Assembly (NCBI GenBank): GCA_021159015.1
Contig: JAGGSQ010000069.1
Span: forward strand, 1,332 to 65,331
Direction: 5' to 3'
Source: Candidatus Omnitrophota bacterium
GTDB taxonomy: Bacteria > Omnitrophota > Gorgyraeia > Duberdicusellales > Duberdicusellaceae
DNA length: 64,000 nt
Positions 38,255-48,817 of this stretch are shown here, in pieces. The position numbers and the translations under genes were made by a program. Under the pieces are notes generated by a model. The model ran no database searches. It was given only the letters and a program-made list of their open reading frames with translations, and had not been told where the DNA came from. The first letter of the stretch is position 1. Each line of letters begins with the position of its first letter.

Positions 38255-38332
38255 AAGTTAATTTTTATTAATAAAATTTTAATAATAATTTAAAAATACA
38301 CTACCCTTTTTCTTCCTCTGACCATAAATAAT

Positions 38333-38551
38333 TTATTTACGCGCTATATCTTGAATATTTAAGGCAATATTAATAAGGATAGAGGTTACACCCAAAATAA
38401 ATACACTTTTAGGAGTGACACTGGTTAAACCTAAATTGTAGTTGATACTCCATAATTTCAAAATAACGCTGGTAACAATAAGGATAAAACCCACGCTTAA
38501 GAAAAAATCTTCGAAAACGCGGTAATAATTTTTAAAACTCCCGCTTTCCAC
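38333..38551 (-). CDS. small 2-TM membrane protein (paralog of the upstream gene)
   Basis: GTG start with GGAGG; FEDFFL..GF.L...S...LNIQ shared with 38574-38786. Confidence 0.75.
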   Translation of the reverse strand: MESGSFKNYYRVFEDFFLSVGFILIVTSVILKLWSINYNLGLTSVTPKSVFILGVTSILINIALNIQDIARK

Positions 38552-38573
38552 AGCCTCGCCTCCTTTTTCATAT

Positions 38574-38786
38574 TTATACTTTATAAAAGGCCTTCACTAA
38601 ATTCTGGATATTGAGGGACAAATTAAAAAGTAAACAGGTGATAGCTGCCGCAAATATATCTTTAGCCGTAACGGTTGTAAAACCTAAATCATATTCCACA
38701 CCCAATAGCCGCATAGCTACGCTGGCAATTACTAATACAAAACCTGCTCCTAAAAAGAAATCTTCGAATAATTTATATTCTTTCAT
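38574..38786 (-). CDS. small 2-TM membrane protein
   Basis: ATG with GGGGAGG RBS; MKEYKLFEDFFLGAGF...LNIQ. Confidence 0.75.
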   Translation of the reverse strand: MKEYKLFEDFFLGAGFVLVIASVAMRLLGVEYDLGFTTVTAKDIFAAAITCLLFNLSLNIQNLVKAFYKV

Positions 38787-38816
38787 CCTCCCCCTTTTTA
38801 CTAAAACAGCTTTTTT

Positions 38817-38845
38817 AGAATATAATAAAACCCTTAACCTGTCAA
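38817..38845 (-). promoter_or_regulatory. sigma70 promoter for the small membrane-protein pair
   Basis: TTGACA-17 nt-TATTCT. Confidence 0.6.
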
Positions 38846-38868
38846 CTGAAATTTTAAAGGGAAGCAAT

Positions 38869-38897
38869 TTGACAGCTAAAAAAATGGCAGCTATAAT
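38869..38897 (+). promoter_or_regulatory. consensus sigma70 promoter of nfeD-stomatin
   Basis: TTGACA-17 nt-TATAAT. Confidence 0.8.
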
Positions 38898-38904
38898 GAG
38901 AACG

Positions 38905-40209
38905 ATGAAAAATTGGTACATAAAGCTTGGGGTAGGAGTTTTCTTTCTTCTTAGCCCCTCCTTTCTATTTGCCTCAACTCTTAATGTCTTAACTATAAAG
39001 GGGCTAATAATAAATCCGGTAATACAGGAATACATAGAAGAAGGTATAAGAAAAACCGAACAAATCCAGGGCTATCTCTTAATTCGCATTGATACGCCGG
39101 GCGGACTGCTGAAGCCTACAGAAAATATTGTAAAAATGCTCCTTAATGCCAGAGTGCCCGTAATATGTTATGTTTGGCCGCAAGGAGCCAGAGCTGCTTC
39201 GGCGGGTAGCTTTATTGCTTACGCCGGTAATATCCTGGCTATGGCCCCTAATACCCACATTGGAGCAGCTCATCCTGTAATAGGAGGAGGGCGCTGGGAA
39301 GAGATAGGAAAGACTTTGCAAGAGAAAATTACTAACGATACCTTAGCTTTGGCCCGTAATATCGCTCACGCGCGCTCGCGCCCTTACTCCTTTATTAAAA
39401 AGACGATAAAAGAAAGCCTTTCTTTTACAGCAGAAGAAGCTAAAGCCCAGAAAGCGGTAGATTTTATTGCCTCTAATCTGAAGGAATTACTAAGAGATAT
39501 CAATAACTTTCATATAGTATTAGAAGGAGACAGAACTATCGTATTGCATACTAAAGATATAGATATAAACTATATAACCTTTAGCCCGCGGCAAAAATTT
39601 TTAAATGCTATAACTGACCCTAACATTGCCTATTTATTATTTAGCTTAGGATTTTTAGCACTACTATTTGAAATAACCCATCCCGGTTTCGGCCTGGCGG
39701 GAGTAAGCGGGATTATCGCCTTACTGCTTGCTTTCTATGCCTTTCAGATTTTACCTACTAATTATACAGGTTTGGCGTTAGTAGGAGTAGGTATAATTTT
39801 TCTCATCGCGGAAGCTTTTACACCCACGTTTGGGCTACTTACAGGAGCAGGATTAATCTGTTTTATCCTGGGATCAGTTATGCTTTTTCCCCATTCTAAG
39901 ATTATACATCTATCACTAAAAACCATTATTCCTTTAGCCGTTTTAGCCTTTATCTGGACTAATTTTATCCTGGTAAAACTAATTCAGACAAGAAAACAAA
40001 GACCTCTCAACGGGAAAGAAGCTCTGGTAGGAAAAATTGGCACCGCCAAGACAAATATTTTGCGCCACGGCAAAGTGAATGTAGAAGGTGAAACCTGGAA
40101 TGCTAAAAGCAGTCGTTTAATTAAAGCTGGTGCGGAAGTAGTGATTAAAAAAGTGGAAGGGCTTAGGTTAATAGTAGAACCACTTATGGTAACAAAAAAG
40201 GAGGAGTGA
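38905..40209 (+). CDS. nfeD: NfeD long-form membrane-bound serine protease (ClpP class)
   Basis: IDTPGG, AASAG, IGAAHP, TM region, C-terminal OB fold G.V.VEGE.W.A. Confidence 0.92.
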   Translation: MKNWYIKLGVGVFFLLSPSFLFASTLNVLTIKGLIINPVIQEYIEEGIRKTEQIQGYLLIRIDTPGGLLKPTENIVKMLLNARVPVICYVWPQGARAASAGSFIAYAGNILAMAPNTHIGAAHPVIGGGRWEEIGKTLQEKITNDTLALARNIAHARSRPYSFIKKTIKESLSFTAEEAKAQKAVDFIASNLKELLRDINNFHIVLEGDRTIVLHTKDIDINYITFSPRQKFLNAITDPNIAYLLFSLGFLALLFEITHPGFGLAGVSGIIALLLAFYAFQILPTNYTGLALVGVGIIFLIAEAFTPTFGLLTGAGLICFILGSVMLFPHSKIIHLSLKTIIPLAVLAFIWTNFILVKLIQTRKQRPLNGKEALVGKIGTAKTNILRHGKVNVEGETWNAKSSRLIKAGAEVVIKKVEGLRLIVEPLMVTKKEE

Positions 40210-40943
40210 TGGTATACACAGTATTGCTTGTGGGTATATTTTATATAATAAGCTGTATAAAGATAGTTAACGAATACGAACGGGCGGTAATCTTTCGTTT
40301 GGGCAGAGTGCTTAAGAATCCTAAAGGACCGGGCATATTTTTTATTCTCTGGCCCTTAGACAGAATGATTAAACTGTCACTGCGCACAATTACCTTAGAT
40401 GTCCCTCCTCAAGATATCATCACTAAAGATAATGTTTCAGTAAAAGTTAATGCCGTTGTCTACTACCGCGTAATGGATCCTATAAAAGCTGTGGTTTCAG
40501 TAGAAGACTATAACTTTGCTACTTCTCAAATCTCGCAAACTACCTTAAGAAGTGTAATTGGTCAGGTAGAACTAGACGAGCTCCTCTCCAATCGAGAAAA
40601 AATAAACTCCTCCTTGCAAGAAATTATCGACAAGCAGACTGATCCCTGGGGAATTAAAGTATCCCTGGTAGAGATAAAACATGTTGATCTGCCGCAAGAG
40701 ATGCAAAGAGCTATGGCCCGGCAGGCGGAAGCTGAAAGAGAAAGAAGAGCAAAAGTAATCTCGGCGGAAGGAGAAGCTCAGGCGGCAGCTAAATTAAAAG
40801 AGGCGGCAGAAGTAATAAGCGGTCATCCGGTAGCTCTGCAGATGCGCTACCTCCAGACTTTAATAGATATGTCCTCTGAAAAAGCATCAACGGTAATTAT
40901 TCCTCTGCCTCTGGAATTTTTAAAAGCATTCGGAAAAGAATAA
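40206..40943 (+). CDS. stomatin/slipin (SPFH) protein
   Basis: [37 protein letters not shown]. Confidence 0.95.
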   Translation: MMVYTVLLVGIFYIISCIKIVNEYERAVIFRLGRVLKNPKGPGIFFILWPLDRMIKLSLRTITLDVPPQDIITKDNVSVKVNAVVYYRVMDPIKAVVSVEDYNFATSQISQTTLRSVIGQVELDELLSNREKINSSLQEIIDKQTDPWGIKVSLVEIKHVDLPQEMQRAMARQAEAERERRAKVISAEGEAQAAAKLKEAAEVISGHPVALQMRYLQTLIDMSSEKASTVIIPLPLEFLKAFGKE

Positions 40944-40961
40944 ATCTTAAAATAAGAAAAT

Positions 40962-42365
40962 TTATTCAGACTTTACTTTCAATACTTCGCGAATAAATTT
41001 TTCTCCTTCTCCCTGTGGATGGAGGCTTCTCTTGATATATATATCTTCCGAAGAAGATAAGTCTACTATATAGCTATGAGCTAAACGGTTGTAGCCTGCA
41101 TCATAGCATATTTCCACTTGAGGTTGTTTAATAAGGGGAGGGTTCTGAGCTACGACCATACCAATATAATTATTATTTAACTTTACTATTGTGCCTAGCG
41201 GCCAAACACCAATCAAAGTAAAGAATCTATCTAACAACACCGGGTCAAACAAGCGACCTTTTTCATTAACCATAATTTGGTAAATTTGCTCTACTAAAAC
41301 TTCACTTTTATAAGGACGCCGGCTACGCAACGCATCGTAAACATCGGCAATAGTTACTAAACGCGAAAGAAAATTCGGAGGGCGCAAAAATCTGCTCCTG
41401 GGATATCCTCCCCCTATTTTAAAATGCCGGTGGTGCTGAAAAGCAATCAAAGGTACGATCTTACCGAAACCTCCTCTCTGAATAAGTAGTTTCGCTCCTT
41501 CTATAGCATGACTTTTAATCCGTTCAAACTCAGCAGCTGATATTTCTGATTTACGGTTCAATAGGTACTTTGAGATATAAATCTTCCCTATATCATGCAG
41601 CAACCCTCCCAGAGTAACTTGCAACAGATTCTCTCCTTCCAACCCTAAACCGCGCGCTTGCAAATTAGTCAAAAGAGCTACATTCAAGCAGTGCACAAAT
41701 GTATAGTCATCGTGTTTTTTAAGAGAACCTATCGCAGAGAGGAAGTTAAGTTGCATGTTATCCTGGGTAACAATACTTTCCGCCATCGCTCGCCACTCCT
41801 CTCCCTGCGACTGCTTGCTAAAAAAATCACCAAAAGCTCCTTCTAAAGTCGCTAAAGACTTTTGGTACTGATTAAGATAAAAAACAAGCTGTTCCCGGAA
41901 GGCAGGAGAAGAAACGAGTTTCTCTTCCTGCGGTGCGTTTTTACTCCTGATTTTATCTGTCTCTATATGAATAATGCCTTTTTTCTTTAAGTATTGAGAA
42001 AAATCATCTCCTTTAAGAGAAATATTCTTGTCGCTGAGAATAATCAAAAATCTTTCTAACTCCTCTTTTGTCAGCCCTCTCTTTATCCGCAGAACTGATA
42101 AGGTACGGTTTTCGAATTCTTTTAGGAAATCTTTCAAGCGTAAGCTCAAATCAAAAAATATCTGGTTCTGATAAAAAACTTCATCTTTTATAAACCCAAT
42201 CTCTATTTCACTTTGTGTACCTAAGGCTACTCTCATCTTATCGTATAAACTGCTTATCTCTTCTTGCGCCCGCGGATGACTGCAAGAGTACATTTTCACC
42301 AGCTGCAAACAGGATGCCAGTTGTTTAACTATATATTGTATATTCTCGTGTTTACTTTCCGGCAT
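40962..42365 (-). CDS. HD-GYP domain phosphodiesterase
   Basis: YTFVH..NVA, LHDIGK, HH.....GGYP, ADVYDAL...RPYK. Confidence 0.9.
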   Translation of the reverse strand: MPESKHENIQYIVKQLASCLQLVKMYSCSHPRAQEEISSLYDKMRVALGTQSEIEIGFIKDEVFYQNQIFFDLSLRLKDFLKEFENRTLSVLRIKRGLTKEELERFLIILSDKNISLKGDDFSQYLKKKGIIHIETDKIRSKNAPQEEKLVSSPAFREQLVFYLNQYQKSLATLEGAFGDFFSKQSQGEEWRAMAESIVTQDNMQLNFLSAIGSLKKHDDYTFVHCLNVALLTNLQARGLGLEGENLLQVTLGGLLHDIGKIYISKYLLNRKSEISAAEFERIKSHAIEGAKLLIQRGGFGKIVPLIAFQHHRHFKIGGGYPRSRFLRPPNFLSRLVTIADVYDALRSRRPYKSEVLVEQIYQIMVNEKGRLFDPVLLDRFFTLIGVWPLGTIVKLNNNYIGMVVAQNPPLIKQPQVEICYDAGYNRLAHSYIVDLSSSEDIYIKRSLHPQGEGEKFIREVLKVKSE

Positions 42366-44343
42366 GAGAAAGCGCCTTCTCCTCTATATTTTTTAAAGCG
42401 TTTGTAGCCTGTTTTATCAACTCTGCCTTAAAAACAGAAAATACTCTGCCTCGCTGTACAAACTCTCTTAAAATATCCGTGGCTTCTTCGATATGGTTTT
42501 TTTTGACTATTGAAATATTCTCTCTAATGAAGCTGTTGCACAAACCAAAAATATTAAACGGTAAAATAAGTTTTCGGAGATATTTTTTTGCTGCAACCTT
42601 ATCTGTCTTAAGCAACCCCCGTAAGGCTGCTTCCCGTACGGGGAGGTATTTATTCAGAACAAAGCGTGCGAAGAAAGAAGCATCAGCCAGGCCTTTTTCT
42701 GCCAGTATTTCTATTGCTTGAGCAAGCACAAACTCACGCCGGCGATAGAAATCCGCTATCCAGAGCAAGGCATTCTTGTTTTTTTCCAAAGGCAATTGTG
42801 CCAGAAAATTCAGATATTCTTTTACCCAAAAAATGTTATCTTTATTAGCCAACAGTTGCTGAGTGCGCCGGACAATAACTGGAGGGGAGGAAAGAGATAG
42901 AAATACTTTGTAGATATGCTCGTAAATAAGCTGGGGGTGACGCATAAGTCTATCCCAGAGACGTTCAATACCTCCTTCCATATTCTGCAAAATCCCACTT
43001 ATCACTATCTTTGCTTTCTGGCTCTTACCAGCCAGACTCAACAAATTATCTAACTTTTCCTTTAGAGCAGTACATACATAATTTACCATATTCTCTCCTT
43101 CTGTTCCTTTATGAGAACGCAGAGAAGAGAAAGTCTCCCATAAATTAGCTAAGCCCTCTATATCTTCCCGCTCTACCATTACCACTAATTCTCTTTTTAG
43201 TTCCTCTGCCAACCAAGGGCTTATATTAGGTTCTAAAAAAAGCATATCTAAAATCATATACAAATATTCCTCCTCTATTTCCTGAAGTTTTACTTCATAA
43301 TGATATTTAGGAACTATCTTGTCTAAAAAGGTCGTAAGTGAATCAAGAAAGCGACAATAGGAAGCAGAAATAAATTTCTCTGTGACAGTTTCTTGCATAA
43401 GCTGTTGGGCAGCTTCTTGTAAAGCATGCAGGCGCCTAGTGTCCATCTGCCTTAATTTCTTCTCTCCCTGAGGAGACAATTTCCCAAAGGGATTTTGTTC
43501 AGTAAGAAAGGCGATTTTTCTTAAAATATCTATATTAAAAGATTTGTCAGTAGAAATAAAATCAAAAAATGATGCTTCCAAATCAGTGCTGCTAATATCC
43601 TGCAGTAGCTTCGCTATCTTGTCCCATTCTAAATTTTCTTTCTTATCAAAATTTCTTCCCAGAAAAACTTTAAGGGCTATCTGCAAGAACTTACCCGTTT
43701 TATCAGGATATTTTTGCTGTAAATAACTTTTAACCTTATCCAACAAAGAAGATAAAGAGCGCGTTTCAATACCTGAGAGTTTCTTCTCTAAAAAATCCTC
43801 TTTCTCAAGCAGATATTCTATTTCCTCTCTGCTCACATTGATACTATCTCTGCTCTCTTTCCTAACCTCTTGGCTAAAAAAATCCCAAAATGCCTCAATT
43901 GCTTCTCCTTCACTATCTAAATAACGCTGATAATCAATCTCTTCTATCTTAGCGTTTCTTACTCTTTGGTTCTCAAGCATTCTTTTTGCTCCCCCCTCTT
44001 TCCATATTTCTCGTGGCGCAGAAGCAAGAATACTAGCTAATATTCTAATTTCTTCTTTACTAATCCCCCGCAGATTTATATGTAAACTTTCTATGCGCCG
44101 CTGATGCAGATAAAGACCCAAGAAGAAGCCTCTTTCATGTTTTATCTCTTCTCCGTTTACTATTATAGATTGGGGAGTAGCATAGATATCCAGAGAAGAA
44201 GCTAGAGAGCCAATCTGTTTCAAGTACTGGTAGAATTCCTCTATGGTCTTCTGGAAACTAGGATGCTGGGGAGGATACATAGCAATGCGGTTAAATAAAA
44301 CTCCAAAGTGGCGCGAGACTTCTCCTGCCCTTATCTTAGCCAT
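42352..44343 (-). CDS. helical (HEAT-repeat-like) protein associated with HD-GYP
   Basis: N-terminal MYP.QHP shared with the HD-GYP protein; C-terminal VREAALRGL HEAT-like motif. Confidence 0.65.
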   Translation of the reverse strand: MAKIRAGEVSRHFGVLFNRIAMYPPQHPSFQKTIEEFYQYLKQIGSLASSLDIYATPQSIIVNGEEIKHERGFFLGLYLHQRRIESLHINLRGISKEEIRILASILASAPREIWKEGGAKRMLENQRVRNAKIEEIDYQRYLDSEGEAIEAFWDFFSQEVRKESRDSINVSREEIEYLLEKEDFLEKKLSGIETRSLSSLLDKVKSYLQQKYPDKTGKFLQIALKVFLGRNFDKKENLEWDKIAKLLQDISSTDLEASFFDFISTDKSFNIDILRKIAFLTEQNPFGKLSPQGEKKLRQMDTRRLHALQEAAQQLMQETVTEKFISASYCRFLDSLTTFLDKIVPKYHYEVKLQEIEEEYLYMILDMLFLEPNISPWLAEELKRELVVMVEREDIEGLANLWETFSSLRSHKGTEGENMVNYVCTALKEKLDNLLSLAGKSQKAKIVISGILQNMEGGIERLWDRLMRHPQLIYEHIYKVFLSLSSPPVIVRRTQQLLANKDNIFWVKEYLNFLAQLPLEKNKNALLWIADFYRRREFVLAQAIEILAEKGLADASFFARFVLNKYLPVREAALRGLLKTDKVAAKKYLRKLILPFNIFGLCNSFIRENISIVKKNHIEEATDILREFVQRGRVFSVFKAELIKQATNALKNIEEKALSHAGK

Positions 44344-44396
44344 ATATTTATTTTCTCAAAAGAAGACACTTTTGCAACCTTCTTCCTGAGGACAAT

Positions 44397-45266
44397 TTAG
44401 GTTAAATATGAGGCAGCCTGATAAGAGCTTCTTACCCAGGGAGAGCTTTTTACGGCTTTAAATCCCATTGTTTCCGCTATCTCTCTCCATTTATCAAATT
44501 CTTGGGGGTGGACATATTGCTGCACGGGAACATGACGGAAGGAAGGTGCCAAATATTGTCCCAGGCTCAGGAAATCACATCCTACCCCTCGTAAATCCTC
44601 CAAAACTTTGATAACTTCCTCTTTTGTTTCTCCTAACCCTAACATAAGCCCTGACTTAGTGCAGAGATGAGGATTTATTTTTTTTAAATAGGCAAGTACT
44701 TCTAAAGAACGCCGGTAGACAGCTTCGGGACGCAACCTTTTATAAAGCGAAGGGACCGTTTCTATATTGTGCCCGATAACTTCTGCCCCGCTTAAAGCAA
44801 CTTTTTCTAGCGCCTGGCGGTTAAACAAAAAATCAGGTATTAAGAGCTCTACTTTTATGGTTTTGTCTATCTGTTTTATCAAACTTACACAACGAGAGAA
44901 TATTTCTGCACCTCCATCCGCTAAGTCATCACGGCTGACGCTGGTAAGCACTACATAATGCAGTCCGAGTTCGGCCACACACTTCTTTATTCTCTCCGGC
45001 TCTTCCGGATCCAGCCGGCCGGGTTTACCTTTCCCCACATTACAAAAACGGCAGTGGCGGGTACAGACATCACCCAAAAGCAGAAAAGTAACTTCTCCTG
45101 CTCTGAAACACTCGCCTATGTTAGGACACCTTGCTTCCTCACATACGCTATGCAAATTCCAACGGCGCAACGTCTGCTTCATATAGCGCAACAGGTCTAG
45201 ATTTACCGGTTTCCGCAGCCAATCTGGTTTAAGGTAATTTAGTCTCGCGACAGTAATTCCATTCAT
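44397..45266 (-). CDS. lipA: lipoyl synthase
   Basis: KPDWL, CEEARCPNIGEC, CTRHCRFC, RSSY. Confidence 0.96.
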   Translation of the reverse strand: MNGITVARLNYLKPDWLRKPVNLDLLRYMKQTLRRWNLHSVCEEARCPNIGECFRAGEVTFLLLGDVCTRHCRFCNVGKGKPGRLDPEEPERIKKCVAELGLHYVVLTSVSRDDLADGGAEIFSRCVSLIKQIDKTIKVELLIPDFLFNRQALEKVALSGAEVIGHNIETVPSLYKRLRPEAVYRRSLEVLAYLKKINPHLCTKSGLMLGLGETKEEVIKVLEDLRGVGCDFLSLGQYLAPSFRHVPVQQYVHPQEFDKWREIAETMGFKAVKSSPWVRSSYQAASYLT

Positions 45267-46044
45267 AAGTACTATACTTATTTTTTGCCAAAAATCTTGC
45301 TCTTTCTTCCTCTTCTGCTGTTAGAGGCCTTTCGTCTAAATCTACCCCCAAATTTTGCCTCAAGCATTCTTGCAGTAGCTGACGTAGGTTCTCCGCGTCT
45401 ATTTCTACAAATTCAGCCAAAGAAGCTATCTCTTGCTTTTCTTTATCTTTATATTCTTCCTGAACGAAATGATTTAAAGCATAATCTCTCTTGCCTAAAG
45501 GAATGAAGCCTTGCTGAAAAATAAAATGCTTTTTCCTCCGCTGGGCGTGTCCTCCTATCTTCTTGCCTGCTACTATAATATCACCTTCTTCTTTGCCATA
45601 AGCACATATGTGGCTAAAGGCAGAAGAAAGAAAAGCCCCTCTTTCATAGGCAAAATGCGCCTCCAAACCCAGGTGGCGTAGAGCATCTCTAACAAAAGCC
45701 GTAAGCTGAAAGTAGCTTTCTCTAACTCTCCTCGGCTTAAGAATCTGGTCAAAACACATAATGCTGTAGGTAACCTCATCATTATGCAAGACCAGTCCTC
45801 CTCCGCTCAAGCGGCGGACTAAAGAAACCCCTGCTTGTTGCATCTTGTTTTCGTCTACAATTTTATGCGGGTCTTGAAAATACCCGCAGGAAAGCCAGGC
45901 ACAGCTCCAACCATAAAAGCGGATGAATCCTGCATATTTTCTAAAACCGCTCTCCTGGAATGACTGGGCTAAAGCCTCATCGATAGCCATATTAAGAAAG
46001 CCGTCGGAAGCTCCCGTTATAATCAGGCGGAAGGCGGTACCCAT
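45229..46044 (-). CDS. lipoate-protein ligase/octanoyltransferase (LipM-like)
   Basis: NMAIDEAL, RR.SGGG.V.H, GKKI.G.AQRR. Confidence 0.9.
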   Translation of the reverse strand: MGTAFRLIITGASDGFLNMAIDEALAQSFQESGFRKYAGFIRFYGWSCAWLSCGYFQDPHKIVDENKMQQAGVSLVRRLSGGGLVLHNDEVTYSIMCFDQILKPRRVRESYFQLTAFVRDALRHLGLEAHFAYERGAFLSSAFSHICAYGKEEGDIIVAGKKIGGHAQRRKKHFIFQQGFIPLGKRDYALNHFVQEEYKDKEKQEIASLAEFVEIDAENLRQLLQECLRQNLGVDLDERPLTAEEEERARFLAKNKYSTYEWNYCRETKLP

Positions 46045-47480
46045 CTTAGCTGTGGCTGGCGGGCCGCTTTAGCTTCATCTAAACGCCCCACAGGCGTGGT
46101 ATGAGGAGCTTCTTTCACCAGTTGTGGGTTATCAACCGCTTCTTTAGCAATAGCCTCCATAACGCCAGCGAATTCATCTAAAATTTGTTTGCTTTCTGTT
46201 TCCGTCGGCTCAATCATCAGAGCCTCCTTCACAATAAGAGGGAAATAAACGGTAGGAGGGTGAACGCCGTAATCAATCAGCCTTTTAGCTATATCAAAAG
46301 TCCTCACATTTGTAGTTTTGTTCTTCAGCCCGGCAAAAACTACCTCGTGCCAGCACGGTTTATCTGTAGCGGGTTCATAATAATTTTTTAACTTCTCCTT
46401 CAGATAATTGGCATTTAGCACCGCATGCTCTGCTACTCTCAAGAGCCCTTCTTTTCCTAAACGCAATAAATAGGCAAAAGCCTTAACCATTACGGGGATA
46501 TTGCCGTAAAAGGAACGTACGCGCCCAATAGAATTAGGCAGTTTATATTCTAGATAAAACCTATCCTCGCTTTTACCTATTAGGGGTAAGGGTAAGAATT
46601 CCTTCAATTTTCCTCTCGCTCCTACGGGGCCTCCACCCGGCCCCCCTCCGCCATGAGGTGTAGCAAAAGTTTTATGCAAATTGATGTGCATAATATCAAA
46701 TCCCATATCTGAAATTCTCACCTTGCCCAAAAGAGGATTAAGATTAGCCCCATCGTAATAGAGCAGGCCGCCTTGCTTATGAACTATTTCTGCCATATCC
46801 CATATTTTCTCTTCAAACAGCCCTAAAGTATTAGGATTGGTAAGCATCAGGGCCGCAGTACGAGAACCGCAGATTCTGCTTAATGCATCTATATCCACAA
46901 GTCCTTCTTGGCTGCTTTTTATAGTTACGACTTTAAACCCAGCTAAAGTGGCGGAAGCCGGATTTGTGCCATGACTGGAATCAGGTACGATAACTTCTTG
47001 GCGTAAGAAATCTTTCCTCTGCAAAAAAAACTTTTTTATCATTAGCATACCGCTTAACTCTCCTGCTGCCCCTGCTGCCGGCTGAAAGCTAAAATGCTCC
47101 ATTCCCGTAATCTCCACCAAAACTTTCTCTAATAAATACAACAGCTCCAACATCCCCTGCACATCTTCTTCCTCCTGATAGGGATGCAGTTGAGAAAAAC
47201 CCCTCTCTTCTGCGGCTAATTCATTCATCTTAGGATTATACTTCATGGTGCAAGAACCGAGGGGATAGAAGTTTTTATCCACAGAAAAATTCATCTCCGC
47301 TAAACGGCTGTAATGTCTTACCACATCTAGTTCCGAGAGCTGAGGGAAGTATAATTTCTCCTTTCGCTTTAACTCCGCAGGAAGAAAATCTTCCCATAAG
47401 TACCTGGGTACATCATCTTTACTAAAACTAAAACCTCTGCGGCCTGCTACGTTCTTTTCAAAAATCAATTTTTTCTTCAT
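46023..47480 (-). CDS. gcvPB: glycine dehydrogenase subunit 2
   Basis: PLGSCTMKYNP, HGTNPASA, NLHKTFATPHGGGGPG. Confidence 0.96.
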   Translation of the reverse strand: MKKKLIFEKNVAGRRGFSFSKDDVPRYLWEDFLPAELKRKEKLYFPQLSELDVVRHYSRLAEMNFSVDKNFYPLGSCTMKYNPKMNELAAEERGFSQLHPYQEEEDVQGMLELLYLLEKVLVEITGMEHFSFQPAAGAAGELSGMLMIKKFFLQRKDFLRQEVIVPDSSHGTNPASATLAGFKVVTIKSSQEGLVDIDALSRICGSRTAALMLTNPNTLGLFEEKIWDMAEIVHKQGGLLYYDGANLNPLLGKVRISDMGFDIMHINLHKTFATPHGGGGPGGGPVGARGKLKEFLPLPLIGKSEDRFYLEYKLPNSIGRVRSFYGNIPVMVKAFAYLLRLGKEGLLRVAEHAVLNANYLKEKLKNYYEPATDKPCWHEVVFAGLKNKTTNVRTFDIAKRLIDYGVHPPTVYFPLIVKEALMIEPTETESKQILDEFAGVMEAIAKEAVDNPQLVKEAPHTTPVGRLDEAKAARQPQLRWVPPSA

Positions 47481-48817
47481 ATAAGTTTTTCTAATGTCTG
47501 GACAAAACTGTCTAAGTCTTTCTTGCTCTTATCGCCATCTACAAAAACCAGGAGGCAATTTTCTAATTGAGGATATAACTTGCCCAATTTGACGCCAGCC
47601 AATATGCGATGCTTCTTCATTTCTTTCCCTACTTGCTCTAAATGAGGAATTTTCACTACAAACTCCCCCCAAAAATGTGACCCAAATACTTCCTGGACCA
47701 GTTTTTTGCTTACCAATTGTTCATAGAGATAGTGGGCGCGGGAGAAAATTCGTTCGGCGAGCGCCTTAATGCCCTGTTCTCCCAAAAGGGAAAGGTATAC
47801 ACTGCAGGCTAAAGCATTAAGAGATTGATTGGAACAGATATTAGAAGTAGCTTTCTCCCTTCTTATATGCTGCTCACGCGCCTGCAGAGTTAAAACAAAA
47901 CCTTCCTCCCCTTTTTTGTCCGTGGTGCGGCCGACAATACGTCCGGGAATTTTACGCAGGAATTCTTGCCGCGTGGCTATAAAACCAAAAGTCTCCCCTC
48001 CCCAATATGCTCTCTGCCCCAGAATTTGCCCTTCACCACACACAATATCTACTTCATAATAAGAAAGAGGTTGCACTAAAGAAAGAAAAAGAGGATTAGC
48101 TACCACTATAACCAAGGCATTATGTTTGTGGGCTAAAGTAGTTATCGTTTTTATATCTTCTACTAACCCAAAGAAATTAGGCAAAGCTACCACTACAGCG
48201 CTTACGTCGTCATTAAGGTTCATTTCTAACTCTGGCAGCAAAATTTTACCTTCCTTATCCCATTTTAATTCTTCTATATCTATTTCTATCCCGGCCGTAT
48301 AAGTTTTCACCACCTGGCGGTACTCAGGATGGAGACTGCGTCCTAATAATACTTTTTTTCTCTTATTGATGCGCCGGGCCATAAGAATACTTTCCGCCAC
48401 AGCAGAAGCCCCATCATATAAGGAAGCAGACGTAACATCCATTCCTGTAAGCAGACAAATATAACTTTGATATTCATATATCGCCTGTAGCGTGCCCTGC
48501 GAAGCTTCGGCTTGATAAGGAGTATAACTGGTATAAAACCCTCCCTGCTGCAAAATGGCCTTGAGAGCGGCAGGGACAAAATGAGGATAAACACCGCCGC
48601 CTAAAAAAGAGTTATATGCGTCGAGGTTTTTGTTTTTAGCCGCAAGTTGTTTTATAAAATCTAAGGCTTCCTTTTCTGAAAGTCCTCTATCTAAATTTAG
48701 TTCCTTCCTCAAGCGCAAATCTACAGGTAAAGTTTCAAAAAGTTGGCACAGACTTTTTTTGCCTATGGTCTCAAGCATTTCTTGCCTTTCCTTAGGAGTA
48801 TGAGGGATATAAGGCAT
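47477..48817 (-). CDS. gcvPA: glycine dehydrogenase subunit 1
   Basis: YTPYQAEASQG, QAREQHIRREKATSNICSNQ. Confidence 0.96.
   Translation of the reverse strand: MPYIPHTPKERQEMLETIGKKSLCQLFETLPVDLRLRKELNLDRGLSEKEALDFIKQLAAKNKNLDAYNSFLGGGVYPHFVPAALKAILQQGGFYTSYTPYQAEASQGTLQAIYEYQSYICLLTGMDVTSASLYDGASAVAESILMARRINKRKKVLLGRSLHPEYRQVVKTYTAGIEIDIEELKWDKEGKILLPELEMNLNDDVSAVVVALPNFFGLVEDIKTITTLAHKHNALVIVVANPLFLSLVQPLSYYEVDIVCGEGQILGQRAYWGGETFGFIATRQEFLRKIPGRIVGRTTDKKGEEGFVLTLQAREQHIRREKATSNICSNQSLNALACSVYLSLLGEQGIKALAERIFSRAHYLYEQLVSKKLVQEVFGSHFWGEFVVKIPHLEQVGKEMKKHRILAGVKLGKLYPQLENCLLVFVDGDKSKKDLDSFVQTLEKLI

Noticed and set aside
38611-38904. N-terminal extension of NfeD in the ORF track (similar extensions for nnrE, purN, rnfC, DUF1329, aldolase, PilZ protein, nfu)
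   Set aside because: The extensions overlap other genes or promoters; downstream starts fit RBS, promoter or domain boundaries better.
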